A stretch of DNA of 64,000 nucleotides from Tubulanus polymorphus (Eukaryota > Animalia > Nemertea): assembly GCF_964204645.1 (NCBI RefSeq), contig NC_134030.1:12917947-12981946 (forward strand), written 5' to 3'. Under the pieces are notes generated by a model. That model saw only the letters and a program-made list of their open reading frames with translations, ran no database searches and was not told where the DNA came from. How positions within the stretch are numbered: position 1 is the stretch's first letter; the number at the start of each line of letters is the position of its first letter. Below, one piece after another: positions 35,555 through 49,140 of this stretch. A program made the position numbers and the translations under genes.

Positions 35555-38390
35555 CATTTCGAATTTGCGTATAGTAATCTATTATGTGATAAAAGTGCAC
35601 CCCGAAAAGCCTAAAATTTACCGGACGACCTTGAACGTTAACTCAACCGTAAATCACGGATTCAGACTCACATTAGTCCGGACACGTCAATTCTCGCTAT
35701 CTGATTCATATATGAGCGATTCAAAAAGCCGCCATTTTGTTTTCGCATATCACGTAATCGGACTTGTTGCAGAAAGAACTCGAAACTACGACGAATTATT
35801 GTATTGGCTGTTCTGTTTTAGATTTAATTGTTTCAGAGACAGACATTAAATCTGGAATTAACAACAAACTCGTAACTCAATTGCACAAAGATTGAATATG
35901 ACAATTAGTATAAAGTATTTTCGTTATGATAATGCTATAATTTAAATCAAACTAACAACTTTCGTCTTATTCTTTTGATCTTCCAGAGAGGTGACAAGCT
36001 TTAAATCAACCTCAGAGACACCATTTTAATTTCTGCCCTGAATCCTATGAATTTACCAGCAACAGTAGCGCCACTATAAAAGTGTGGGATATTCAAAATT
36101 GTATAAATTGAAAACTCTAGTTTTTAAACGACCCAGGACTGATATAAGCCATTTTGGAACATCGATACTTTTGACGTGGTAGCCCTTGTATGTGCTGGAT
36201 CCATATATCCAGCATATTGTTGACCCAGGTTGCGCTTCTTGGAAATAAATAATATGTTATGAACTGTAGAATTATTTCGATGACGCTTCCCAGTGCGATA
36301 TATCAACCAATTAGGTAGAAACCCGTTATCGCTGCTATGCAGCTATATTTTTCTCTGTTTTCCGCTCAGCTAATGCCTGAAGTTCGTCACCACGTAACTT
36401 GTTTATGTTTTTGAGCGGTTCGAAAACCGTCGAGCAATTTCATGAGTTGGCTCCTGTGCGAGCGTCTGCCTCTAATTGTCCGATTCAGGGCTGGTCCAAC
36501 CGAGTTAACCCTGTCTAGCGATATGATGTGATCTGTAGTTATCCTGGTCACGGCACCAAATGTGGGCTGCACAGCCACTATAAACTACACTACATAGTCA
36601 AATATTACACAGATTCATCATCTTGACTACTGTACGGGTTTAAAGACTAATCCTGCTGTTGCCAACAATTGTGTAACATGAAAATGACTTTTCCTTACTT
36701 ATTAAATACTAAGCATTGACATCGATACACCAGACTGTCGTTGTTGTTACGAATGAATCGTAAGAGGGCAGACCTCAAATAAATTCGCGCGTTTGTGGTC
36801 CGTATTATGATGCAACCTTCATCAGCGAGCAGGCGCGAAGCATCAAAAGGGGGGTTCTGGCGGTCCTCCCCCAGAAAACTTTACTGCCACTGGGTACCTG
36901 CGAAGACCTACCCTGGGCCTGTACTAAATATAAGAGAATGACGATTTCAACAGAGCACATTCGAGTAAGTTTAAGATAAACATTGTATAACATGAAGGTT
37001 AAAATTTATCGAACCCCGCATTACCTGTCGAATAATGTCAAAATGTAACTTTAAACGCTATAAATGCAGAAATACGACTTATTACGACGGTTATTTAACG
37101 GTATTTTACGAGTTAACAACAGGCTGTGTAAATAGATTATGTTCAAGGGTCAGTAAAAAGATTTTCGTAGGAACTAGTTCAAACTAGTTTTTAGTCTATT
37201 CTGACTACGTGGCACTGCGGATTGACTGAAAAAATCTTGGCATTGGTTTTCCTGCTGTGCTCGTGCATGTGTTTGTTCGCAGCTTGGCTTTGTCACTGGG
37301 TGCCTCTGAGGAATGTCCTATTGCCTGCAGTGTGCGGGCTAGAGGGCTGTGTGCCCTAAAATCCACTGTTTACGTGGACGAGTGTGCATCGAAGACTGTG
37401 CCTCCTGCATCCGCTATATGCGGGCTGGAGGGCTGTATACCTCTTGGGACTGTGCGTCGTTTCCTGCTATGTATGGTCTATAGGGCCATGAGCCCTGGAG
37501 TTGATTAATTTTCAAAATTTTTTTAGCCCCTAATAGCATCGGTCATTGCGTATTAAGAAATAAACCATTAAAGAAACGAAAAACAAGAAACGATTATGTT
37601 TTTTTAAGTTGAAAAGAGTTAAAATGAATAAATGTATGCATTTATAGCCGAGGAAACTCAGTTGCTAGTTGGTTTCCCATATTTTCCAGTGTATCGGTTA
37701 CCTTTACATTGCGTTGGTCCCGCATTGTGAGATTTATCGGTCAGGGATTTCTCCTATTATTCCGGTGTTCTGATCTGTTTCGGCGATTTGGTGCATTTTC
37801 GTTTCCGTGGAAATTAGCCGCGCTCACCGCATGATTAAGTTTGCTCCGTTTTGCAGTTTTATGCGAGCCTTTTTACCACTCGGAGTTTAGAATTGTCAGT
37901 GTTCTCTTTTATAGCTGGTCAGTTTCCCGTTATGTTTGCTTCAGTATTCCCATGGACTTACCCGTTGATCGGTTGTCTTTTAACATCTTCGAGGCGAAAA
38001 TACACGTATCTGAATTTTAGCAAGGGATTTGAGCGTCTGGGAATAAAGTTTTTTTATCGAGACTTGTTTACTGATGAGACTTACTATTGAGACTTGTTTA
38101 CTACTTGTTACGTATTGAGGGGTTGTTTTTCCTGCCCTCTGTTTAGGTTACCGCTGCCGGTGAAGCTTACGCGTCCTAATGAGACTTGTAGTATCTTTGC
38201 AGGAGGAGTTCAGTCCCACAGTGCTTGTACCTTTGAACCCAAATCTTGCCTTTTTACGTTTGCAGTTTTGATAAAATGTCCAACTCACATCACATTATGT
38301 TAGGGTTCGGGAAAGTTCGTGTTGCGGTGGTTTTTTGGTATTGTTCGCTTGGGAGGTACAACGCGGAGTGAGAATATACTCCTGTGGATA

Positions 38391-38490
38391 GGTTACAGGT
38401 AAATATCCCCGGTAAATTTCCTCTCGGTAAAAATCCTCCCTGGTAAAAATCATCCGGTAGATATCACTCTTATCAAAAATCCCCCAAAAT
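38391..38490. repeat. Degenerate ~14-15-bp tandem repeat (GGTAAA.ATCC.CC), possibly a MULE-type terminus
   Basis: About six units following GGTTACA. Confidence 0.5.
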
Positions 38491-38847
38491 AAGCGTAATT
38501 GATGGTGTACAAATGTTAATGAACTGACGAGAAGGTTATGTCTGAATTCTGATTGGCCATTTTCGTTCAAAATATCCACAGCGCAGCCAGCGTGCATTTA
38601 CGATTATTTTCGCACGAAAAAAATGCATGCAAATATCAAACATGTATTGGCTCAGAAGTCACAGCATACAATGAATCGCGAAGGCGTGCGATGGGCTTTT
38701 GAGATGCGCATACCTTAACGACCATCGTATCGTCGTATAATCGCATACGATCATAAGATGAATCGCAAAAGGTGTGCGGTGGGCTTAAGATGCTGCAGCA
38801 TCTAGAGCACCTCCTCTGGATCTTGTGGGCCCGGGAGTAAAACATTC

Positions 38848-40800
38848 ATACAGGAGACTTTTCTATCTGATTGGCTTTTTAAAACCGTTATTTTGCGTTC
38901 AGATTTTCGCGAAGCGACTCATGTAAATTCTAACGAGGCCCTTTTTCAAAGTTCAGCTTCCTAGAAATTGGAGACTGGAAAGTAATGATTTGTATGAATA
39001 TTTGCTCAGTGCCATTTCCTCTGGAAACGATGTCATTCTTAATTGCTCCATTTGTATAGTAATAAGCTCAGTCTACGACTGGCATAAAAATGGTAATACA
39101 GCGTGTACTTCCTTTTGTGTACAAATTAGTTTATTTACCAAATTTTTGTACATAATAAGATGAATAACTCAGTTTTACATTGAACCAAGAACATGAAGCT
39201 CGAACCGTGCACTAAATGAAAGTAATAGTACAGGGGGTATATGATTTAAACAACAACATAGGATGAAATGAGTAATGGTTTGCGTTAGCACTTTTGGCCG
39301 GGTGCTGCGTTTGATGAATTCGAACATTGAAATCTAAATTGAATTCTACATATTTAAATTTAGATTTTGGTTTTGTCTTAGCGATAATAATTCATTAATA
39401 ATGAATTAGGGGTGAAAGCGATTAGTTGTACTGATGTAGATCAGAACAGCTGTGAGGATGGCAGTATTAAGAGTCAATGGTAGATCACCACGGGGCCTTG
39501 TAGAAGTTCAATACTGATTGAATTTATTGGAATTTTGTCAGATATTGAGCTAAGCATGGGGTTATGTTGGACTAGAAAACGAGGACAGTGTAATAGATAG
39601 TGTCCAGCAGATTCAACAAAACCAAAGTAACAATTTCATTTATCTTTGCACCGAGTATATTTTTGGAGGTAAAAAACAGACAAAAAGCCTTATTTTAATG
39701 GAATTTAATGGTTTATTGAGGTTTAATTGAGGTTTAACCCCCAATTTGAATTTCACTTAACTGGGCTTAAAACAATTAAAATCGGTATTAATGAGTTCAG
39801 AAATGTGATAAACTTACATTTCATTTCATTACATATAATGAATATATCAAGAACTATCATGCAAGTGGTCAATGGATAAACTTACTAGTGATGAACTTAA
39901 ACTTAATGATAATTGGTCTAATAAGGAATTGGTCTAATAATCTCAAAAAGTGACATGCCAAAACACCGGAAAACTTCAATGCGTTTGAGGGGCACTATGG
40001 CCAGCCTGTCAGCTTTTCATAAAATGGCAAATGATGATGCATTCTGTGGGTTAAATTTGTCAAAATACACTCCCAGCTCAGAGTCAATATCTACTTGGTC
40101 AATTGGTCTTATTGATTTTAATGCTGAATGGAATTGAATTTTCTGAAATTTGCTCAATAAAACAAAATTGAATTGGAATTGATGTTTTTATTTGTTCAAT
40201 AAAGTAAAATTGAATTGGATTTGATTTTTTTTTTGGAAGAATAAAATTTGATTGAATTTGTAGTTTGAGCACATGGCTAATTGGCATATCAAGGTCATCT
40301 ATCCGATTTGAGAAAAAGCAATTTTTCCCGGAATTTGCACAGTGGTCAATGATATTTTCTGTAGTGCTAATAAAAATAATCCTCCCAAAAACCAAATCAA
40401 CTAATAGCTTTCACAGAAATCGATCTTGAAATACAATTTTAGATCTTAAAATAAAACCCGGAAGTAAAACGGTAGACGATACCGCGGGTTCAAGTGAACA
40501 CCTGCTGATTTCTGCGGCTAAGCCAATCATAGAGGAGTCTTTGCTTTCTGATTGGCTTTTCAAAACCAATATTTTTGCGATCAGATATTCGCGAAAAAGC
40601 TCATATAACTTTTAATGAGGCCCTCTTTCAAAATTCAGCTACGTAGAGCTTGGAGAATGGATAATGCTTTAATGAATGATCTGTATGAATATATGCCCAG
40701 TTGCACATTCAAAGAGCCTTTGCTCTGGAAACCATGTCATTTAAATTCGCTCGATTTGTATAGTAATAGGCTCAGCCTACGGCTGGCTTAATAAAATGAC
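38848..40800. repeat. Two diverged direct copies (~38848-39095 and ~40528-40800) of a ~250-bp dispersed repeat
   Basis: Shared TCTGATTGGCTTTT...GAGGCCCT.TTTCAAA.TTCAGCT...CTCTGGAAAC.ATGTCATT. Confidence 0.7.
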
Positions 40801-40875
40801 AGTCGGTTTTCCATTTATTCTTCCTTGGCCTTTGTTTCCGTGGCCATCTTTCCTTGGCCATTATTTCCGTTCACC
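39730..40875. mobile_element. Deleted MULE-family copy carrying the opposite terminus
   Basis: 39765-39960 matches 23695-23755 and 25790-26040 in the same orientation; 40820-40875 is the reverse complement of the 23498 terminus (…TTCCGTTCACC). Confidence 0.65.
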
Positions 40876-42391
40876 GTTTTCCGTGGCCTGGAAAAGTTTT
40901 GTATCGTGTAAACTGTTAAATTTTTGGCCGACTAGTCAGCCTACCCCTCACGAGACCAGCATAGCCAACGTACCAATCAGTAACTTGGAAGCAATAAATC
41001 CTCACTAAATTGTTTTGGTCTGAATTTGGTCAGACCAAGATCCACTAATATGGTGGACCATTCAGTGCAGCAAAATACCTAAATATTCACAGCAAATTTT
41101 ACCATTGAAATATTCACAGTTTTCTAAAACATCTTCAGATACAATAAGATGGAATTTCTTTTAGCCATTTGCCAAGCTATCATCTTAAAAACAATATGGA
41201 TGACAGTAATGTAAGTTCTCGTTATATAACTAATTTAGATACCGATCATGACTTATATTTTGAATTAATCCTTTTCAGTCGAGGACTAGAAAAGCAAAGG
41301 TTTTGATTGGTCATTTTGTATAATTTGGAAAAATACTTTTTTCCAGAAAATATCCATTACTGCGATAAGCTCAAACCCGGATAATAAGGTCTTCATCAAC
41401 AGCAAATACAAGCTGCAAATAAAAGGCAGTGCCTGATATAAGTTTCAATTGATAATACCCTTTATTTATGCATTGGCATTTCTGTCTCCAAATAGAAATA
41501 TCTTCAAACAGGTTTTAAATGATTAAACATTTGTTCTTACATAAGGCCAAAATAAAAAGATACCTTGTTTCGCATCACTGCCTGCATTCAAATTTTCACA
41601 TCAATAATTGTAAATATTAAAGAAATCACCCACCTGCATTGGGATTGTTAAATGCCAAATTTTAGATCCAATTAGATCCAAGCCCCCACTAGCCTACAAA
41701 AGTTTGTTGTGATTGATACGATATAGTCACACACGGTTGTGAAAAGGCGTAAAGACCCCACGGATACAACATCAAAGAGAACCGGGTTCGCTAGAGCTCA
41801 CATTCGACCCGTTGCAAGAAGTATCAAATGACATGAGAATTTCGACATTTTGGTTTTTAGCAGTTTCTTTCAACGAAAATGACCGCTATCAACCGTCTTC
41901 ATAGAAATTTTTGTACAGGTGATTCCTAATAGTACACGTGATCAACCACGTCAAACCGTAAAACGACATTGTCGGCCGTTCCCGGAAAACTCGGAATACC
42001 GGAAGTTTGAGTCGGCATTACTTACGGGAAAACCCAGGCTAATTTCGTTCGTTTGGTTGGTTGTGAAGAATTCGTTTAACATGCTTATGGTTATTATCTG
42101 ATGCTTCTTCATCGATAACCATCACTGCTGTTGCTGAATCGATGATGTTACCGAGTTTGAAAAATTGTGAGTTTTGTCTTTGAATTAAATCGTAGTTTTC
42201 ACTGTCATTGGTAGAATCAACTCGGCGTTCAGGAATCGTGATCCGTAGAATCAACTATCATGGTTCAGACATTGTGATTCGAACTACCATACTGACTCGG
42301 AATAATGCTGATGAATCTGAACTATCGGTGTTTTTCTATCGTAAGCGTTAGGATCTGCATTCGCGTACATTGACTTGAAATCTTATCGGTA

Positions 42392-43504
42392 AACTAGGGG
42401 TGCAGGGACACCGGGCCCACTTGGGAAGTGGTTTCAAATGCTCAACAATCTAACAATATCAATATTCAATACCCCATCCAATGACCTTGAAACTCACCAC
42501 AATCATAGAACATGGCATGAGCTACAACTATGCAAATGATCATGGTAACGAAATATGCCTAGGTACCAATATAATAAGGAAATACTAAGTTAATCTATTA
42601 TTCAACGCCCCTGGTGACCATATGGAATAACTAATGACCTTGAAACTCACCACAATCATAGACCATATCATGAAGTAAAACTTTCCAATCGATTGTTTTA
42701 ACAAAATATGCATAGGTACGAATATATACCATAAGAACACAAAGTTATTGTATTGTTCAACGCCCCCTGGTGGTCATATATAAAAAACAATGACTTTGAA
42801 AATCACCACAATCATAAACCATGTCATGAGCTACAACTTTGCAATTGATTGTGGTAACAAAATATGCATAGGTGCGAATAAAATATAGAAATACTAAGTT
42901 ATTGTATTGTTCAACACCCCCTGGTGGCCATATACAAAAACCAATGACTTTGAAACTCAATACAATCATAGAACACATTATGAGCGACAACTTTCAAATT
43001 GATTGTGGAAACAAAATTAGCTTAAGGTATCAATATAATGTGGAAAAACGTTTATCCACCTACGAATGAGTACTGATGACAACAAGATGGCCACCAATTG
43101 GGTCATGATTGGCTGATAAAAAATACCTGTCTCAGGTATAAAAGATCCCTTTCCAAAACCCATCACAAATTGCAATGGAAAATGGCAAACAATTAGGAAG
43201 CTACAGGACTCAGAATTCAGGCCAAAATTGAAATTTTTGGGCTCAAAAAGGGTCACAGGACAGCCATCTTGAGTCTGATCAACCCAATTCGTGCTGATGG
43301 GCCCTTGGGGGATACAAATATTTACAAAAGACCAAGATAATTGATCAAAGCGTCTTCAAACTTTCCATCGAAATCTTCAAAAATGTGTAAAAAGTGCTGA
43401 TTTTGGCAAACAACAATGGCCGCCAGTCGGCCATCTTGAATCTGACCGGGCCAGTTTTCGGGCTAAAGATGTGTCTAGGACTTAAGTCCCAAGTGGGCTA
43501 AAAA
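42392..43504 (-). mobile_element. HINE-like element with ~140-bp tandem array
   Basis: Same ends and units as 30564-31628. Confidence 0.78.
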
Positions 43505-43674
43505 GGGAAAAAAGTGCAACTGGCATTCTTACGGATTTATTGCTTGTCATTTTTTGATTTTCGGGATGTATTAGGACTTTTTTTAAACGCAAGGAAAGAA
43601 CTCCACTTCTACTAATTGTTTTGCAGCTAAAGCTTTTAGATTCAACAGTACTACCCATCCTGCTATGTATTTCT

Positions 43675-44033
43675 AAATAGCTCTCGTTATACCGCCTCTC
43701 ACTTTCCGCCATAACACCAACGAAATCCTAGAACAGTCCTATTCAAACTCTTAGAAAAAACATTCGTTATACCACCGACGATCTTTCATCAATGATGTTT
43801 CCAGTCTTTCGTTTAAGAATCGATACATGTGGTCAGCAGGATTACACATTCTATTATCTAAATGAAATGAGCAAAGACATCTACCTCTTCCTAAATTAAG
43901 ATCAACTAATGTCAAATGTCATGTCTTGTATAATATGTCAACTCTCATGATCGCCATTTCGTTATACCACCACATTCGTTATACCGCCAAAATTATTACA
44001 GCCCCGGGATGGCGTTATAACGAGCTTTGACTG
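43675..44033. mobile_element. pogo/Tigger-like MITE remnant
   Basis: Repeated TCGTTATACC.CC motifs and right end GTTATAACGAGCTTTGACTG. Confidence 0.5.
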
Positions 44034-45334
44034 TGAAATAAAAATAAAAACCTCCCCTCCTCAGCTGATTCAACTGTCTTGCCGTGCTGAGAAAACAAGG
44101 CATCTTATCATTTTTGGCCTAACATTGCTGAATCTGAAATATGAATTCATTACCGAGTGTTTATGAATAGAAAAATTCAATAAGAATTGATTTGAGCTTC
44201 ATTATCTGAGGGAACATCCATGTGGCTACTTAATATGTACAAAATTAGCGCAACAATAAATCCTTTCTGGTGATATTGCATTGAAACATGATTAGAGATA
44301 CCATATATTGTGTTTTGGTATAACACACCATCCGTTTACTAAGAGACGAAGGTCCCAACCGGCATATGGCCATTGTTAATCAAAGAGATAACAGCCAAAG
44401 TCTTTTACGAGTCATAAATATGACTTGCAACCTTCAATTCCATTTTGCTAATTTAGCAAATGCAAACCATGTGAGGGGGTTCGTTCGCACTACCGAAACC
44501 CTCCTCCCCCCCCCCCCCCCCTAGGGACGCCCATGAATATACAGGACTACCAATAGTGACTGAAAAGGGTTAAAACATGGCTGAACAGATGCCAAAAATT
44601 ATTCGAAAAATCAAAATACTAATTCTACGATTTCTAGTATGTACATATCACAAGTATTTTTTGATAGCAAGTAATACTAACATGAATACTGGAGGGCAAC
44701 CATACGATTTTGCTGTATCGACATTATCAGGAACACGACTGCTGGTTATAGTTACTGAAGAATATTTTCCCATATTCATAAGAACTAATCATTATAGCAC
44801 ACGCAGGAACAACTTTAACAATCCTTGGGACGGTTCCTGAAAATGATCAAGATAAAGAATTCAAGAACAAGCTATCAAAACTGTATCCCAATAGAATATT
44901 TGATCCTGCAATCATCCCTATGTGACAGCCATGATTCCCCGCAGTGATGGCCTCATTCCTGACCTCAGAGGACTGTTATTACTCGTATTTTAAGCATATT
45001 GTAATAGTCTCAATAATGATAATCCTTGAAATCATCATTCTATGATCCTGCACATTCGCGGCAATTAGAAGTTGATAACAAAAAATTCATTCAACAAAAA
45101 AACGTTTATTTTCCAAAAAAATTCTAAAAAGATTTTTTTCTCGACCCACTAGATACTTGTTTTTTTTCTTGAATAGTTTTTTAAAAGATCCTAGTTAGTC
45201 CACAAATCAGCTGTAAGCTGAATTTCAGGTGAATCATTGCACCAAATTCAGCAAATATATTGAGAATTCTATGATGACAAATTTTCACTCGCTGTTTCTT
45301 AAAAGCTGGAATTGTTTGCTCAGATTCTCCACTT

Positions 45335-46120
45335 TAACAAAGGCGTTCAAGCAATTATATAACCCATCAGCTAATTACCAATGTCAATAGTCACAAATCC
45401 AAGGAAAATCTAAGCTTTTCCTGACTTTGACTTTTGACCTACAGAACCCAAAATCTTATCAGACTCAGTCTGCTTAGAACAACCCATCTACAAATTCACA
45501 TTTCCCTTGCAATTTCAAACTTTCTATGAATCATAGCCAGGTAAATCAAAAATAGACAATGGCTTTCTGTGGCCTTGAACTTGAACTTACAGGATTAAAA
45601 AATTCATCAGTAACCCATACCTAACTTATTCACCCAATTGCAATTTAGTTATAGGCTGGAAATGAAAAATACAAAATATCCTCCAGCAATATTGACCATT
45701 GGACCTGAAATCTTATCTGTAATCCATTGTTTGTAGGATGAACAACCCCTCAACAGTTAATTGATGAGTTAGAGCTGGAAATGAAAATTCCAAATTAGTG
45801 CCTTTGACCTTTGAGCTACAGGATACTGACATCGAATCAGCTATTCACTGTCTCAAGGACAACCCATCCATCAAATTTCACTATGTTAGGCCTTAAACCC
45901 TCAATGAATTAGAGCACAGTGACAAAACGGCTTCCAGTGACCTTGACCTCCGACCTACAGGACCCAAAATATAAGGACTTACTAACCTCATCTAGAACAA
46001 CACAATTAACAAATTTTAGGAAAATCTGTAAAACGGTTTAGTTCCTAGGGCACAGGACCCCCTATGCATGGATGGACAGACGATAAAAAGAACACGGTAT
46101 GCATTGTGAGGGCATAAAAA
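45335..46120. repeat. Degenerate HINE-like element with TGACCTT(T)GACCT tandem units
   Basis: Recurrent GACCTTTGA/CTACAGGA units; short GGAT/GACA tract and ...GGGCATAAAAA end. Confidence 0.5.
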
Positions 46121-46984
46121 CTTGTTGGGAATTGAATTGCACAATTAACTAGAAATATCTCCATGGAGCAAACTAATCTCCCCAAAAAATTTTGTAGTTT
46201 GAGAAGTTGAAAGTTTGCACTCACAAACAGTAGTCTGATGTGTCAGCATTATAGAAATATTGATTGAATATTGATTGATTACCTGCAAATAATCCAGTAA
46301 TTCCCTGTTGCCGATAAATGGTTTTCATCAGACTGACCGTTGACTTTGATATACGTTCTGTAAATGTACAAAGTTTCAGTAACTTCATTAATTCTACTTT
46401 ATCTTAGTACATCTGATCAGCATTTTTAACAAGGTATTTCTTCTCTAGATGCTCCTTGTTACTGTAGAGAAAGGATGAAAGCATAATTTCTGCCTTGTGG
46501 ATTCATACAACACACAGTAGCTCTTCTATCAGATTGACTCATCTGAATAGACGGTGGACAGAGCAATTTCCTTTGTTCGTCAATTGATTGTATTTTTATT
46601 CTATTGTTGTGACATGTAGTTATAAGTTCGACGTTCCATCCTATGGCCCAATATTGAATATGGGGAATGAGTTAGACAACATTTTTTTCCTGCTGCAGGA
46701 TATACACCCTTAGATAAAACCAAAAAATATTCTGAGCCCATGCATATATATATGGAGTGGAAATTTTGGAAAACACAAGATGAATGTGGGAGTGCAACTT
46801 TAATGAGCTACAAGTTGTCACTATTGTCAACCAAACATGGATGCTGCTATTCCTTAAGTAATTGAAAATGGATTTACAGAATCCTTCTGCCAGTTTGTAG
46901 TTGGGTCACTTATGCACCTCAAGAAGGATGAAGCTTAAATTGAGTGTGATCATATGCTAGGTGATCAAGTAGTAGCAGGGTTAA

Positions 46985-49140
46985 AGGAATTGTGACAGGT
47001 TTTTATCTGACTGAATTCTCATATAATTTTTACTTCACATAAGCAGGACAACCTTTTTCAATGGCCTGCTAATTCTATTACTGCGAAGCAATGAACCAAG
47101 TTTGTTCAAACCAGGCGTCAAAACTGGAAACTGGCTACGGGCAAAACTTAAAGCCTTTTGCGTGCAAGACATTTCAAGGATGAAAACTTCAGCAACTCAA
47201 TGAAGTATAGATCTGGATTTGCGAAATGGTAAATCTTATGATTTTTTTAGCAAAATATAACTGAATCAAATATAAGGCTTTGCTATCAATGATACTTAGG
47301 GTCCAAACTTCAATAACTAATCACTTAATGTTCGAAATAGTAGGCCTATTTGAATTACGACGGCCGCTTGCGCGCTCTCGTTCTCTCCAGCAGGGTTGTA
47401 TTAGGTGCTGTGTGTGTTAATGTTATACACACGATACACCGTTGGCGTTGTGCTGTGTATTGAATATGGTGTGTACAGGCAGCATGGGGATCTGTTAATG
47501 ATAGTATAAGTAGACAATGTTTTTTACAAGGAACACAGACAGATGTCAGCTGCGACATGAAAAATAATATTCTCTTAATTCAATAGCAATACAGTACAGA
47601 CGTTTGCTTTGTTAATCTTAAATTTTACTACTGCATCTTTTAAGTTATTGACATAATTCATCATTTCTGTGCCTCTGAGTAGTTCTAAATTTCTAGGAAG
47701 CTCAACCATTGATAAGTGGAATTTTTCTTTGGGTAGTTTCTTTGCCTGGTGTAGGCCCTACTAGCAGACCTAGACACACCTAAGACATCCACAATCCAGA
47801 AGAATCTACTGCTGGACCATCTGACTTTTTTGCTCCCCTTAAAAAGAGATGCAGACTGCATTTGAAAAAAGAAGGACTCAGGAAATAATGAAAAGCCAAC
47901 CCTCTTGTGATAGTGACATGCCTACCGCAGAATTCCAACCTGATGTAGATGAAGATGAAGAATTAATGTTATACCCTGATGAAAACGTTACACTGTCATG
48001 TCAAACTGAAAACAATCTGAAGTCAGACGGTATGTCTAGCAATGTCAAAAATTCATAAAGTCTTGGGTGGTGGATGTCTTTGAAGTACATTGTTTTATCT
48101 TCAGGAAGGGTTCATGCAGGTTATATGATTGGCTATATTCTTGTGTCATCTGAGTTGTGATAAGAGTTGATGATTGTGTTGTGACCTAAACAAATTGATT
48201 AATTTTTAGAAATAATATTTGCAATAATTTTTCCCCGGCAATGCTCTCAAGGGCAGACCCTCTTCAAAATTCGATTGTTCTTCAGATGTATGGAAATTTT
48301 TTGCGTTAATTTTAAAAATGAAAAATCATCCAATGGTCTCTGACAAAACCCATGCATTGCCAAGTGCCCATTCCCCAATTTTCAGGTAAACCCCTTCCAA
48401 GAATCCTAGATTCACCCTTGGCGTTTTTATAAGTAAGTATTGAAGAATATGAACTATATTTGATTTCTTCTGAAATTTTGCTTTAGGACTGCAAACACTG
48501 AAGTGGGTGCCTTTGTGTAAACGCCAACACTCGACAAAACCTAGTCGAGTTGTTCAACTTCTGCGGAAGAGAAGGTGCAAAAGGTCTGTTGGGGTCCAGT
48601 GTCGACGAAGATGTAGTTGCAAACAGGGGAAAAAAAGACCCAGAACACAGTTTGTCCGAATCTTATGACTCAGAATCAGAATTGTCCAGTGATAACAACG
48701 CTAGCTACAATGCTAGTCCTCGCCAAACAGCTCTGCCTAGATGCATAAGTGCAGTATTTGAAGAAATGATGTAAGCATAATTATATAAAAGTCTTCTATT
48801 TGATATTGAATCATGATCAAAACATTGTTTTTAAGAGTTACTCTAATTTACCTGCAATACATAAAGTATTCTTACAAATACAATGAGACACTGTATTTGT
48901 GTTTTTACTTTCAGTGATGACAGTGATTGCTCTTTTCAGACCAAAGCAAATTCATAGTTTTCCAGTCAATGCTCATGACCCTTTTCACTTACTGTGTATT
49001 GTGCAGAGGGATAAGATAAGAATATATAAGAATAAGATATTCGGGAACGTAATCGGTTCTCTTCTCATTGTAAAGACAGAGTGTACTCGGTGTTCACACA
49101 CGTATGAATGGAGAAATCAACCAACTATAAGAGGGATACC
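46985..49140 (+). pseudogene. Second, older Kolobok THAP-transposase remnant
   Basis: TTAA-AGG start; KFVQTRRQNW...RHFKDENFSNSMKYRSGFAK followed by gtaa (same intron position as 1418); DFFAP...AFEKR; KFIVFQSML..LF..CVLC...GSLLIVKTECTRC...WRNQP. Confidence 0.75.

Noticed and set aside
23498-40875. A single 17-kb MULE bounded by the two matching termini
   Set aside because: No TSD, and internal sequence is repeated in direct orientation at ~39.8 kb, indicating two separate copies.
35560-46900. Numerous 60-100-aa ORFs as host genes
   Set aside because: No recognisable domains or consistent exon structure; many overlap repeats or use non-ATG starts.
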